Below are positions 40,208 to 49,146 of a stretch of 64,000 nt of DNA, one piece after another. Both the position numbers and the translations under genes were made by a program. Location of the stretch: assembly GCA_963676565.1 (NCBI GenBank), contig OY781089.1, positions 2,560,001-2,624,000 on the forward strand. The letters run 5' to 3'. The stretch comes from Halarcobacter sp. (GTDB lineage: Bacteria > Campylobacterota > Campylobacteria > Campylobacterales > Arcobacteraceae). The number at the start of each line of letters is the position of its first letter. Within the stretch, counting starts at the first letter, position 1. The notes beneath the pieces were generated by a model. It worked only from the letters and a program-made list of their open reading frames with translations. It searched no databases and was not told the DNA's origin.

Positions 40208-40347
40208 GATTCTTCTGATGAGTCAGAACTTGATTCCTCAGATTTACTCTCTTTTAAAGATTCTTTCTTTTTACGCTTTTCTTCTTTTTTTCTAAGTTTT
40301 TCTAACTCTTTTGCTCTTTTTTCATAATTGTAATTAGTTTTAGCCAT
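40204..40347 (-). CDS. Small 47-aa charged protein (not in ORF track)
   Basis: MAKTNYNYEKRAKELEKLRKKEEKRKKKESLKESKSEESSSDSSEES*, with AAGGA RBS 6 nt upstream of the ATG. Confidence 0.7.
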   Translation of the reverse strand: MAKTNYNYEKRAKELEKLRKKEEKRKKKESLKESKSEESSSDSSEES

Positions 40348-40530
40348 TCACTATCCTTGTTGTGTTTTATAAATTGGTAAAACAATAATTATTTTTAATA
40401 TTAAAAATATAGTAAATGCTCTAAAAATCTATGTTTTGTTATATTATATAGTGTAGCGTAGCTTAATGGCATTTTGTCTTAAGTATAAAAACTTATTAGC
40501 TTCAAAATAAAAATATTAATTTTAATAATA

Positions 40531-40591
40531 TGTATATATACAAAGTAATACTATTTAAACACTTAATATTTTGTATAAATACAAAGTATTA
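40531..40591 (+). promoter_or_regulatory. Tandem operator repeats upstream of the hipBA-like operon
   Basis: TGTATATATACAAAGTAATA (40531) and TGTATAAATACAAAGTATTA (40572), each with a TGTAT..ATACA palindrome; TATAAT follows. Confidence 0.6.
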
Positions 40592-40618
40592 TGATATAAT
40601 ATTTCAAAAGGAGTTCTT

Positions 40619-40957
40619 ATGGATTTTAACTTATTAACAAATGAAGATATTATAAAAGAACTTGGTAAAAACTATGAAGAGTTAAGACTTCAAAAAAGAC
40701 TTTCTGATGATGATGTTCATAAAAAAGGTGGTGTTAGTATTGATGCCATCCAAAGACTAAAAAATGGTTCTAATATAAACTTATTAAATTTTATAAAGAT
40801 TTTAAGAGGACTTGGAGAGTTAGACAAGCTTCAAAAACTACTTGAAGTAAAAGAGGAGTTTAGTATTCAAGAAAAAGTAAAAAACACTAAACCCAAAAGA
40901 ATATTCAAATCTAAAAAAGATACCAATAGTGACTTTATTTGGGGAGAAGATAAATGA
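40619..40957 (+). CDS. XRE/HTH antitoxin (HipB-like)
   Basis: HTH RLQKRLS....KKGGVS..AIQRL.NG; stop overlaps the hipA start. Confidence 0.8.
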   Translation: MDFNLLTNEDIIKELGKNYEELRLQKRLSDDDVHKKGGVSIDAIQRLKNGSNINLLNFIKILRGLGELDKLQKLLEVKEEFSIQEKVKNTKPKRIFKSKKDTNSDFIWGEDK

Positions 40958-42273
40958 GTAAAATAGTTGAAGTAAAATTATGGGGTACAACTATTGGATA
41001 TCTTGGTTACCCAAAAGATTCAAATATAGCGCAATTTGAGTATGACAAAAACTTTATGAAATCTAATATTTCACCCTCACCTTTACTGATGAATTATCCA
41101 CCTGACAAGTTTTATTTTGAAGATATTAGTTTTAGAACTTTTAAAGGAGTAGCTGGAGTTTTTGCGGATTCTTTGCCAGATAAATATGGGAATCAACTAA
41201 TCGATCAATTTATGGCAGAGAAAAAAATCCCCAAAGAAGATATAACAACTCTAGATAGATTATTATATGTGGGGAAAAGAAGTATTGGAGCTTTGGAATA
41301 TCATCCTTGTGAATTTGAAGATGATTTTGAAAAAAGTGCAAAAGCTTTAGATATATCTTTATTGTCTCAACTAGCTGAATTAGTAATTACAAAAAAAGAC
41401 AAACTAAATGATAAATTAAAAGATTCAAAAACAAAAAAAGAGGCACTTGATTTGATTAGAGTTGGTTCTAGCGCAGGAGGAGCAAGGGCAAAAGCACTTA
41501 TTGCAAAAGATGAAGATAAAAAGAATATATATATTGATGGAACAAACTTATATGAAGGGAACTATTCTTATTGGCTTTTAAAATTTGATTCATCTGCAAA
41601 TCAAGATAGGGATTCAAAAGACCCAAAAGGGATGACTAGAGTTGAATATATCTATTCCTTGTTTGCTAAAGAGTGTGAGATAGATATTCCTGAAACCTCA
41701 TATTTAGAAATAGATGATGATTTTCATTTTATGATAAAAAGATTTGATAGAGTTGTAGAAAATAAAAAAACCTCAAAACTACACTATATATCTTGGGCTG
41801 GACTATCTCATTATGATAGAGATACAACAGGGGCATACTCATACGAACAACTAATCTTAAACTTACGTCAACTAAACTTTGGACAAGAAGAGATTACAGA
41901 AATTTTTAAAAGAGCTGTTTTTAATATAGTAGGAAGAAACCAAGATGACCACACAAAAAACTTTGGATTTTTGATGAATAAAAAAGGAGAATGGAGTTTA
42001 TCCCCTGCTTTTGATATGACCTACTCTTTTGACCCATCTGGGACTTGGACGAAAGTTCATCAAATAAGATTAAATAAAAAGCAAGATAATTTTACAAAAG
42101 AAGATATTATTGCATTTGGGAAATATTGTAATCTAACTCAAATACAATCAACAAAAATCCTTGAAAAAACTATTGGGATATTTAAAAAATTTGAAAAACT
42201 TGCAGATGAATATAAGGTACCAATAAAAGTGAAAGATATCATCTCTAAAAATTTGAGAAGAGATTTAATTTAG
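40954..42273 (+). CDS. hipA: HipA-family serine/threonine kinase toxin
   Basis: HipA N-terminal FADSLPD.YG, SAGGARAK, KRFDR, NQDDHTKNF, LSPAFD. Confidence 0.9.
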   Translation: MSKIVEVKLWGTTIGYLGYPKDSNIAQFEYDKNFMKSNISPSPLLMNYPPDKFYFEDISFRTFKGVAGVFADSLPDKYGNQLIDQFMAEKKIPKEDITTLDRLLYVGKRSIGALEYHPCEFEDDFEKSAKALDISLLSQLAELVITKKDKLNDKLKDSKTKKEALDLIRVGSSAGGARAKALIAKDEDKKNIYIDGTNLYEGNYSYWLLKFDSSANQDRDSKDPKGMTRVEYIYSLFAKECEIDIPETSYLEIDDDFHFMIKRFDRVVENKKTSKLHYISWAGLSHYDRDTTGAYSYEQLILNLRQLNFGQEEITEIFKRAVFNIVGRNQDDHTKNFGFLMNKKGEWSLSPAFDMTYSFDPSGTWTKVHQIRLNKKQDNFTKEDIIAFGKYCNLTQIQSTKILEKTIGIFKKFEKLADEYKVPIKVKDIISKNLRRDLI

Positions 42274-42870
42274 TACCTTATTTATATTAGATAAAGAAGC
42301 AACCTCTCCTGGCATTAGACTATCAATATGAATCTCACCAATTCTAATTCGAACAAGTCTTAATGTAGGGAATCCAACAGCAGCAGTCATTTTTCGAATC
42401 TGACGTTTCTTTCCTTCACAAATCGTAATAGATATCCAACTAGTAGGTCCATGTTTTGGATGACGAATATTTTTTCCTCGAGGTGGTAAATCTGGCTCAC
42501 CATCAATTGCAAATGCTTTACAAGGAAGAGTTAAATATTTGCTCCCACTTACAGTAATTTCAACACCCTTTTGGAGATTAGAAATTGCATCCTCTGTAAT
42601 CACACCATCAACTTGCACATAGTACTCTTTTTCTATACTTTTATTTCTAACTTTATGACTTGTCATACCATCAGTTGTAAGTAATAATAAACCTTCTGAG
42701 TCATGGTCTAACCTTCCAATAGCCATAGTATCCTCAGGAAAATCATAAAAGTCACCTAATAAGCTTTTATTTTTCATTTTTTCTTGCTTGAATTGACTTA
42801 AACACCCATATGGTTTAAATATTTTAAAGTGCTGGTGAGTTTGTTCTGATGTAGAGTTTTCATTTGGCAT
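42265..42870 (-). CDS. Pseudouridine synthase, RsuA/RluE family
   Basis: KPYG.LSQF, GRLDHDSEGLLLLTTDG, EGKKRQIRKMTAAVGFPTLRLVR. Confidence 0.88.
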   Translation of the reverse strand: MPNENSTSEQTHQHFKIFKPYGCLSQFKQEKMKNKSLLGDFYDFPEDTMAIGRLDHDSEGLLLLTTDGMTSHKVRNKSIEKEYYVQVDGVITEDAISNLQKGVEITVSGSKYLTLPCKAFAIDGEPDLPPRGKNIRHPKHGPTSWISITICEGKKRQIRKMTAAVGFPTLRLVRIRIGEIHIDSLMPGEVASLSNINKVLN

Positions 42871-42926
42871 TAAAGATATCCTTTAGATTATGTGGAATTG
42901 TAACTTTTATTTTATAAAGTTGCGAT

Positions 42927-44207
42927 TTAATCTTTAATATCTTTTTTGTATACCTTTCCATTGAATTTTAATATAGATTTTTGGTTCGTTGTTATTACTT
43001 TAGCATCACATTCCCCATTCTTATTAACTTCATTTTTGGTTTCTGTAACCTTGCTTTTTATCAAAATATTAAAAAAGCCATTTGATTTTTGGTTTGACAT
43101 AATTAAAGTGTTTTTAGTATCTGTAAATTCACCAGAACAGTTACCGTTCCATTCACCAATGGCGTTCATCACGGAGTATTTATCAAGAATTTTTTTTAGT
43201 CTGTTGCCTGATTTGATAAAAAGAGACAAGGTTTCGCTTGTATAAGGATTAACTCTTGACATTCCCTGATAGCGTACTTTAACACCAAAAGCTCGAATCT
43301 TTTTATTAATAAAGTATCGCGCTGTATCTATACTGATTTTTCTAAGCATTATGGCATCTGAAACCCATTGGTTCGTTTGACTGCTTTCAAAGAATTTTTG
43401 TATTATTTTTCCAGTACGATTATCGGCAATAACAATATGACTGTTGAGGGCAAAATATTGTATTCCCTCTTCTACAATCTCTGGTATAACTATAATCACT
43501 TCATTTGGAGTTTGAGGGTTGGCTTTTGATACAATCAAATCTGTTTTTACTAATAACGGATCAAGACCTAATTCTTTTAAAACAGATAAAACTAATGTGA
43601 AATTTGATAAGGTGTCATTTAGTCTCTTTGAATTTGTCCTGTCAATCGTACCATCAAAATTAATAACAAATTCCTGTACTTCTATTTTTTTGACCAAATC
43701 CCAAGAAGTATGGTGGCTTGTGATAGCACGTTCACTTATTCTTGATTTTATTTGAGTCAGACCTTCAGCTATCTCGTCATAGACAATCCGCTGATAATCA
43801 ATAACATTGCCTTTTAAATCATAGTTTATCAAGGTAGATTCCATTTCATATTCACCCAATTTATAGGTAACCACCACCGTATAGAAGTTTTGAGACAAAG
43901 TTACTTTGTAAGAACTCACTGCTTTATACTTAGATTTTTCTTGATAGAAATCAGGATATATAGTTTCAATCTTCAAAGCGTGACTATCAATGGATTTAAA
44001 GTCAGCAACGTCAATAAAATCATCAAAGTTTGTGGTATCAACTACTGGCAGTTTTCTCTCTTTTAGAGTATTTATCACGTCTTTAAAATCAATAGATTTC
44101 TCTACTTGTTCTATTGCACCTTCCACTTGCTTTTCATCTTGTTTTTCTTGTCCAAAAGAATAAGAGAACAACAGCGATATAAGTATAAAAATTTGCATAT
44201 GTTTCAT
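42927..44207 (-). CDS. Secreted hypothetical protein (C-terminal half resembles PA3715-like family)
   Basis: Signal peptide; SDA....I.IDTA.Y......RAFG..V......S..NPY..E.LSL, GEW...C.GEF. Confidence 0.6.
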   Translation of the reverse strand: MKHMQIFILISLLFSYSFGQEKQDEKQVEGAIEQVEKSIDFKDVINTLKERKLPVVDTTNFDDFIDVADFKSIDSHALKIETIYPDFYQEKSKYKAVSSYKVTLSQNFYTVVVTYKLGEYEMESTLINYDLKGNVIDYQRIVYDEIAEGLTQIKSRISERAITSHHTSWDLVKKIEVQEFVINFDGTIDRTNSKRLNDTLSNFTLVLSVLKELGLDPLLVKTDLIVSKANPQTPNEVIIVIPEIVEEGIQYFALNSHIVIADNRTGKIIQKFFESSQTNQWVSDAIMLRKISIDTARYFINKKIRAFGVKVRYQGMSRVNPYTSETLSLFIKSGNRLKKILDKYSVMNAIGEWNGNCSGEFTDTKNTLIMSNQKSNGFFNILIKSKVTETKNEVNKNGECDAKVITTNQKSILKFNGKVYKKDIKD

Positions 44208-44209
44208 GA

Positions 44210-44596
44210 TCAGATCCAGTCTAAAGTTTTTTCAAGAAAATAGTGTAAGAAAGCTAAAATAACTAATATTAACAACATAGAAATTCCACGTTTTAAGAAC
44301 ATATACTTAGATAAGTTACATTTTTTTTTCAGATAAAAGAGATCAAAAAGTATAAATAGTATAGCTAAAATGGCTCCTATAATACCTCCCACAAAAAACA
44401 CTCCAAAAAAAAGCATTTTGGAATAAATAAAAGATAAGAAATTTGTTTCTTCTGGCGTTGGACCTGCAATCAAGTATGAAAGTAAATACATATAGCCAAT
44501 ACCTAGAATCAAGGCAATGACTGTCCAAAGGGCATACTCTAAAATGAGTTTTCCCACTTTATTGGATTGAACAACGTTTTTTTCGTTCGTCTTCAT
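44210..44596 (-). CDS. Hypothetical membrane protein
   Basis: Three TM segments; co-oriented block. Confidence 0.65.
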   Translation of the reverse strand: MKTNEKNVVQSNKVGKLILEYALWTVIALILGIGYMYLLSYLIAGPTPEETNFLSFIYSKMLFFGVFFVGGIIGAILAILFILFDLFYLKKKCNLSKYMFLKRGISMLLILVILAFLHYFLEKTLDWI

Positions 44597-46145
44597 TGGG
44601 TATTCCTTTCATTTTGTCTAACAAGTCAGGATCGCTAAAGTCTAACTCTTGCTCAATATTGCAAATATAGATAGATGAATTTTTTTCATTACTTTCTTTT
44701 ACCCTAAAAAGGGTATTGGTTAATACCCAATGAGTATTTTTAAAAGTAATGTAGTGGTTAGCCTCGTTAAGTCCGCGATCAGGAAATGTTGTTTGAATTA
44801 AAAAGCCATTTTCTTCTGCTAATACATCAACAATTTGATTTCCACCATCTTCTGAAAAATTGGTACTTTTTAAAGCAAATCGGTATGCTCCATCTTTATT
44901 GATAAACAGTAATAACTCATCTTCTTGGTATGGAATTGAGCTTACTACTTTGTCCAAAGCATAGTCATTGTTGATATCAATGTCTCTAACAAAATAATTT
45001 TTATTGTTCAAGTAGTATGATATATCTTTACCTATAGGATTTTTCTTATTCTCTTCCACATTAAATTCATTTGCAAACAAATCATATATAATATGCATTT
45101 TGTGATTATTAAAGCTATGCGTAAACTTTTTGTCAAATTGTGGATGTTGTCCATCAAAGAGAAAAAACAAAACTGACTTTGCTTCTTTAAATTCCAAGGT
45201 ATTGATTAGATTATATCGCTGTTTTTTCTTGATATACTTTATAAATTTATCTTGAAAATAATTAACGGCATCAGCTTGCCATTTACCATTTTTTGCAATA
45301 TTAATGAGTTTTTTTTCATAGTTCTTATACTTTTCATTTGAAATCAACTCAAAAAAATAAGCAATATAAGCATTGCTTTCATTGTAAAGTTTGCTGGGGG
45401 AATCGTTGTACTCATTCCATCCAAAATAACTTACAAATTCTTGAAAACTATCAGGAAAGAGATTTAGAAAAAGTACCTCATTTTTTGTGGAGAACGCCAG
45501 CTTTATTTGAGCTATAGAAATACTGTTATCTAGCGGTTCTTCAACATCAGAAATTAAATCATTGTTATTGAACTTGCGATTGGGTTTATTAATCAAATTT
45601 CCCTCATTGAAGAAACTAAACTTTCCACACTCTAAAGTGACATTGACTTTACAGTTAGAATAATCAAATTCTGCCAACTTATACTTACTATACATACCTA
45701 ATTCTTCAGTGACCAAGCCACCTAGATCTTCTTCGTTTTCTAAAAAATATGCTGTACCTTCATCTTGAAAAACACTAAAAGGAAAAGCCTTAGAATACTT
45801 ATAAAATAAAATTGAATCTTCTTTTTGATAAGCTAGTTTCTTGCCTGTTGAAAACCCTTTTTTCAAGTGTTCTGTTACTTTTTCCCTAATTACTTGATGA
45901 AGAATACTCTGATCCTTTTCAGGATACTTTACTAAATAAAGATTAGGATAGACCTCGGATTGTATAAACATCATATTCTTAAAAAAGAAGTGGTTAATAA
46001 TCTGTACAGTAAGACCAATAACAAATAAAGCCAAAGCCACTCGTGACCTTTCTTTATTTTGTAAAATCCACTTTATTAATCTAATGGCAAAAAATAGTAA
46101 GCCAATACTCAATAGAAGAAACAAAATGATGAGGATTATTTCCAT
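44559..46145 (-). CDS. Membrane-anchored hypothetical protein
   Basis: Two N-terminal TM helices, large soluble domain with a DINND (FG-GAP/EF-like) motif. Confidence 0.65.
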   Translation of the reverse strand: MEIILIILFLLLSIGLLFFAIRLIKWILQNKERSRVALALFVIGLTVQIINHFFFKNMMFIQSEVYPNLYLVKYPEKDQSILHQVIREKVTEHLKKGFSTGKKLAYQKEDSILFYKYSKAFPFSVFQDEGTAYFLENEEDLGGLVTEELGMYSKYKLAEFDYSNCKVNVTLECGKFSFFNEGNLINKPNRKFNNNDLISDVEEPLDNSISIAQIKLAFSTKNEVLFLNLFPDSFQEFVSYFGWNEYNDSPSKLYNESNAYIAYFFELISNEKYKNYEKKLINIAKNGKWQADAVNYFQDKFIKYIKKKQRYNLINTLEFKEAKSVLFFLFDGQHPQFDKKFTHSFNNHKMHIIYDLFANEFNVEENKKNPIGKDISYYLNNKNYFVRDIDINNDYALDKVVSSIPYQEDELLLFINKDGAYRFALKSTNFSEDGGNQIVDVLAEENGFLIQTTFPDRGLNEANHYITFKNTHWVLTNTLFRVKESNEKNSSIYICNIEQELDFSDPDLLDKMKGIPNEDERKKRCSIQ

Positions 46146-46179
46146 GAAGTTACATCCTTAGGGCACTGCAATCAATAAG

Positions 46180-46563
46180 CTAATACCATTTAGTCAAATA
46201 CTTGATACGAGCATTTGTCATTTCAATTTCGCACTCAAGTCTGGCTTCATTGCGTTGCATACCCCCACTTTGAAGTACATAAAATGCATCACAATTTTTT
46301 TTCTTGAATTCAAGCCAGCTACGTTGGCTAATAATCAAGCTTTGTTTCAATTCATTAGCATCAACTAAGGCTGCATCGGGTAATTTTCCCGTGTTTATGC
46401 TACTCATAATAGCTTTATAAATACGATTCAATTCAGCATCAGATGACTCTTGTTCAAGCTGTAGCTCACATAAAGAAGTAGGCAGACCACAACGTTCATC
46501 AATATCTTGTGCAAACAATTGGAAAGTCGTACAATAAAAAAATAGAACCAAGAACCTAATCAT
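46180..46563 (-). CDS. Lysozyme-inhibitor LprI (DUF1311)-like secreted protein; first gene after attC remnant
   Basis: Signal peptide; D.ELN..YK, L..SQRSWL.F....C, C...MT..R. Confidence 0.75.
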   Translation of the reverse strand: MIRFLVLFFYCTTFQLFAQDIDERCGLPTSLCELQLEQESSDAELNRIYKAIMSSINTGKLPDAALVDANELKQSLIISQRSWLEFKKKNCDAFYVLQSGGMQRNEARLECEIEMTNARIKYLTKWY

Positions 46564-46585
46564 TTAACTTTCCTTTTATTAAAAT

Positions 46586-46626
46586 ATATAACGTTTAAGT
46601 TGAAAAACATTTAGTAATAGTTAATA
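46586..46626 (-). mobile_element. Degenerate attC remnant (cassette 6)
   Basis: Minus strand TATTAAC..ttttcaacttAAAC-GTTATAT shares the AAAC-GTT right end with attC1/2/5 but has no central stem. Confidence 0.5.
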
Positions 46627-46636
46627 ATAAATATTT

Positions 46637-47050
46637 TTATTTAACTCCACATTTACTATCAAGTATTTTAGCTAAACTATCTCTTTTTTTATCTGCTTTC
46701 ATCAGTCTTTGATACTCTGATTCATCATTATTCTTTTTAGCTTCAACTTTTGCCATAAAAGATTGATACGAATATAATGAATCATACATAAATAATTTTC
46801 CATCGATTTTATCTATCTCTTTTGCTGCACATTTACAATATTCTAATTCTTTTTCATTTTTGGCTTGTTTTTCACAAGTGATTTTAAACATCTGTTTTGA
46901 TTTTTTAATTTGCCCACTTTTTAGCATCTGTTCATACATCTCTTGATTTGCTTTAACTTGATAAAACTCTTCAATATTCATAGATAAAATATTGTTAGCA
47001 AAACATTGTAATGATAAAAAAGATATAAGAATTAAATATTTGATGCCCAT
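46637..47050 (-). CDS. Gene cassette 6: secreted hypothetical protein
   Basis: Signal peptide, C..YCKC motif; lies between attC5 and the attC remnant. Confidence 0.7.
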   Translation of the reverse strand: MGIKYLILISFLSLQCFANNILSMNIEEFYQVKANQEMYEQMLKSGQIKKSKQMFKITCEKQAKNEKELEYCKCAAKEIDKIDGKLFMYDSLYSYQSFMAKVEAKKNNDESEYQRLMKADKKRDSLAKILDSKCGVK

Positions 47051-47219
47051 TCATTTCCTTTTATTTTTTAGTTTATTTAACAATCATAGTATCTTTTTGA
47101 GACTTAAATAATACTCTTCAAAATAAAGCTTGTAAATATATTAAATAATTATTAATATTACTCCAAAATGAAGTTAATTAAAATCATTTTCTGCAATAAT
47201 TTTAAACTATTCTTTTGTA

Positions 47220-47278
47220 GTTTAACGTTTGAAATAAGCCAATAAATTTCCCGCATGGTAATTTATTGGCTGTTATAT
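47220..47278 (-). mobile_element. attC5 (blaOXA cassette), apparently internally deleted
   Basis: ATATAAC-AGCCAATAAATTACC-atgcg-GGAAATTTATTGGCT-tatttcaaac-GTTAAAC. R'' contains the bla stop and is complementary to the cassette start GTTATAT. Confidence 0.8.
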
Positions 47279-48028
47279 AATATTCTTAAATTTTAAAGCT
47301 TCCATTACAATTTGTTTTCTATATTTTAACTCTTCTTTTTTAATATCAGCATTTAAGGCAAAAAACCAAATGTTATTTTTAGTTTCAACATATCCTACAT
47401 ACCATCCTATTTTACCTGACCATCCTGATTTGGCTTTTATTATATAATCTTTTGTTTTTTCAACAGTTAATATTTTTTTTGTAATATCGATATATTTTTG
47501 TTGAAAGGGTAAATCATCTTTATATAATTTTTTGAGAAACTCTATTTGTTCAACTGCTGATATTTGTAGATCACCTTCTAGCCAAAAAGTAGATACATCT
47601 AAACCAGTTTTTTCATTACCGTAATCTATTTTTTTTAACCAATCTAAATATTTTTCATTTCCTATTTTTTTTGCAAATCTTTGATAACACCAAACGCATG
47701 ACATTGCAATAGCACTTTGTAAAGTTTGATCTTTATTCCATGGTTCATAAAATCTTTTTTTACCATCCCACTTAATAATTTCATATTCGTCTTTTATCAC
47801 TCTTTCTTCTAAAACAATAAGTGTATTTGGTATTTTAAAAGTTGATGCTGGAATATATCTTTTTATGGCTCTTGTATCGTTATGTATAAACTCTTCATTA
47901 TTTAGTGATGACAAAACAATTGTTCCATTGATTTTTGTTTTTTTAAAAATGTTTTCTAACTCTTTATCTTGTGCTAGTGCAAAATTGAACAAAATGTTTA
48001 TCAGTATAATTATTTTTACATTGTTCAT
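47273..48028 (-). CDS. blaOXA: Gene cassette 5: class D beta-lactamase (OXA family)
   Basis: PASTFK, SCV, YGN, FWLEG, KSG motifs; signal peptide from MNNVK; RBS AAGGGG right after GTTATAT. Confidence 0.93.
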   Translation of the reverse strand: MNNVKIIILINILFNFALAQDKELENIFKKTKINGTIVLSSLNNEEFIHNDTRAIKRYIPASTFKIPNTLIVLEERVIKDEYEIIKWDGKKRFYEPWNKDQTLQSAIAMSCVWCYQRFAKKIGNEKYLDWLKKIDYGNEKTGLDVSTFWLEGDLQISAVEQIEFLKKLYKDDLPFQQKYIDITKKILTVEKTKDYIIKAKSGWSGKIGWYVGYVETKNNIWFFALNADIKKEELKYRKQIVMEALKFKNII

Positions 48029-48040
48029 TTTTCCCCTTTT

Positions 48041-48166
48041 ATATAACGCCCAGTTAAGGGGTGAAGCACGCAATGACCAAGCCTCTGCATAGCACATCAA
48101 CATCGAAATCCAACGCATAGCAAAAATGCCACGCGTGCTGAATCCCTCTTGAACTGTTTGTTATGG
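48041..48166 (-). mobile_element. attC4, long Vibrio-superintegron-type repeat (126 bp)
   Basis: CCATAAC-AAACAGTTCAAGAGGGATTCAGCACGCGTGGC..GCGTGCTTCACCCCTTAACTGGGC-GTTATAT. R'' is complementary to the cassette start GTTATGG. Confidence 0.9.
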
Positions 48167-48643
48167 CGCTCCACTCAACGTTAGCTCTTGTATATCAACT
48201 TGGTCTACTTCCCTGCCTAATATTAGCTTGTACTCGACTAAACGATGAACTGGGATAACTGGCAACTCGATACCTTGATAATCTTTAATAACTGATTCTG
48301 AGAAGTAAATTTCAAGCTGGTGCCAAGAGCCATCTTGACATGATTGTATCTTAGTATGTTCAGACAAACCGATTTCAATTTTTTGATTTTGGTAAACCAA
48401 TTGGAAATACTCTAGATCCCAACCATATTCGGCATAATGAGTTAACGGTTTGGATATGTATTTTGCTACATGCGATAGCACTTTGTCTGCGTCTGAGTTT
48501 CGAATATAAAGATCTATATCTGCGATTTCCCGACTTCCACCATGAATAGTTGCCGCTAATCCACCTACTATTTGATACTCCACAACCTCTGCATCTAAGA
48601 TCTCTTTGAGCCACTGCAAGGCTACTTTAACTTTATCACTCAT
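48161..48643 (-). CDS. Gene cassette 4: Pol-beta-like nucleotidyltransferase family protein
   Basis: GGLAA..HG..R..ADIDL motif; stop codon inside R''; more GC-rich than host genes. Confidence 0.75.
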   Translation of the reverse strand: MSDKVKVALQWLKEILDAEVVEYQIVGGLAATIHGGSREIADIDLYIRNSDADKVLSHVAKYISKPLTHYAEYGWDLEYFQLVYQNQKIEIGLSEHTKIQSCQDGSWHQLEIYFSESVIKDYQGIELPVIPVHRLVEYKLILGREVDQVDIQELTLSGAP

Positions 48644-48673
48644 CTAGTTCCTTTAGCTGAATTTTGCCTTGCG

Positions 48674-48733
48674 CCATAACGCCCCACACATGGGCGCAGC
48701 TTTGCTGCGTCCTTGTGCTGTGGCTTGTTAAGG
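48674..48733 (-). mobile_element. attC3, short GC-rich 59-be-type site (60 bp)
   Basis: CCTTAAC-AAGCC-ACAGCACAAGGACGCAGC-aaa-GCTGCGCCCATGTGTGGGGC-GTTATGG. R'' is complementary to the cassette start GTTAAGG. Confidence 0.88.
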
Positions 48734-49069
48734 GTGCGCATCAGGTTTTGCAACAACCTTAAGACGATTTGTTTTAACCCAAACACCTGCATCCTCCTCT
48801 TTGCCACCATATATAATTTGAGAGAATCCATCATACTCACTGTAAATACCTACTCCATCTTTTGGAATTATAAATTTCCCTTTAATCGAGCATGATTCGT
48901 GCGGTGCTGAATAAAATTGTGCTCGCCCTTCACCAACAACTTCACCCATCCATACCCTGTGCCAGTATTTGGCTTTTGCTTTAACATCCAGAGCTTTGCA
49001 ATCTATGTCTTCATTGCTATAGGCATTAAAAGATAAAACTAATGTGAAAAGCGTAATGATCATTCTCAT
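48728..49069 (-). CDS. Gene cassette 3: secreted hypothetical protein (SH3-like)
   Basis: Signal peptide; FYSAP...C....FII..D....Y..Y..F..I.Y.....WV...RL; stop in R''. Confidence 0.7.
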   Translation of the reverse strand: MRMIITLFTLVLSFNAYSNEDIDCKALDVKAKAKYWHRVWMGEVVGEGRAQFYSAPHESCSIKGKFIIPKDGVGIYSEYDGFSQIIYGGKEEDAGVWVKTNRLKVVAKPDAHP

Positions 49070-49076
49070 GCTAAAC

Positions 49077-49146
49077 CCTTAACGTTTGAGTCGAGAAATA
49101 TTTGAGCCGCTAAGGTCAAATATTTCTCTCCAATGATTTGTTATAT
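49077..49146 (-). mobile_element. attC2, host-type (70 bp)
   Basis: ATATAAC-AAATC-ATTGGAGAGAAATATTTGACC-ttagcg-GCTCAAATATTTCTCGACTCAAAC-GTTAAGG. Confidence 0.85.

Noticed and set aside
48029..48118. 30-aa N-terminal extension of the OXA ORF in the track
   Set aside because: It is translated attC4 sequence; the RBS and signal peptide indicate the start at 48028.
48640..48840. Short ORFs 48640..48840, 48375..48614, 48713..48895 and 47865..48092
   Set aside because: Alternative-frame or antisense shadows across real cassette genes and attC sites.
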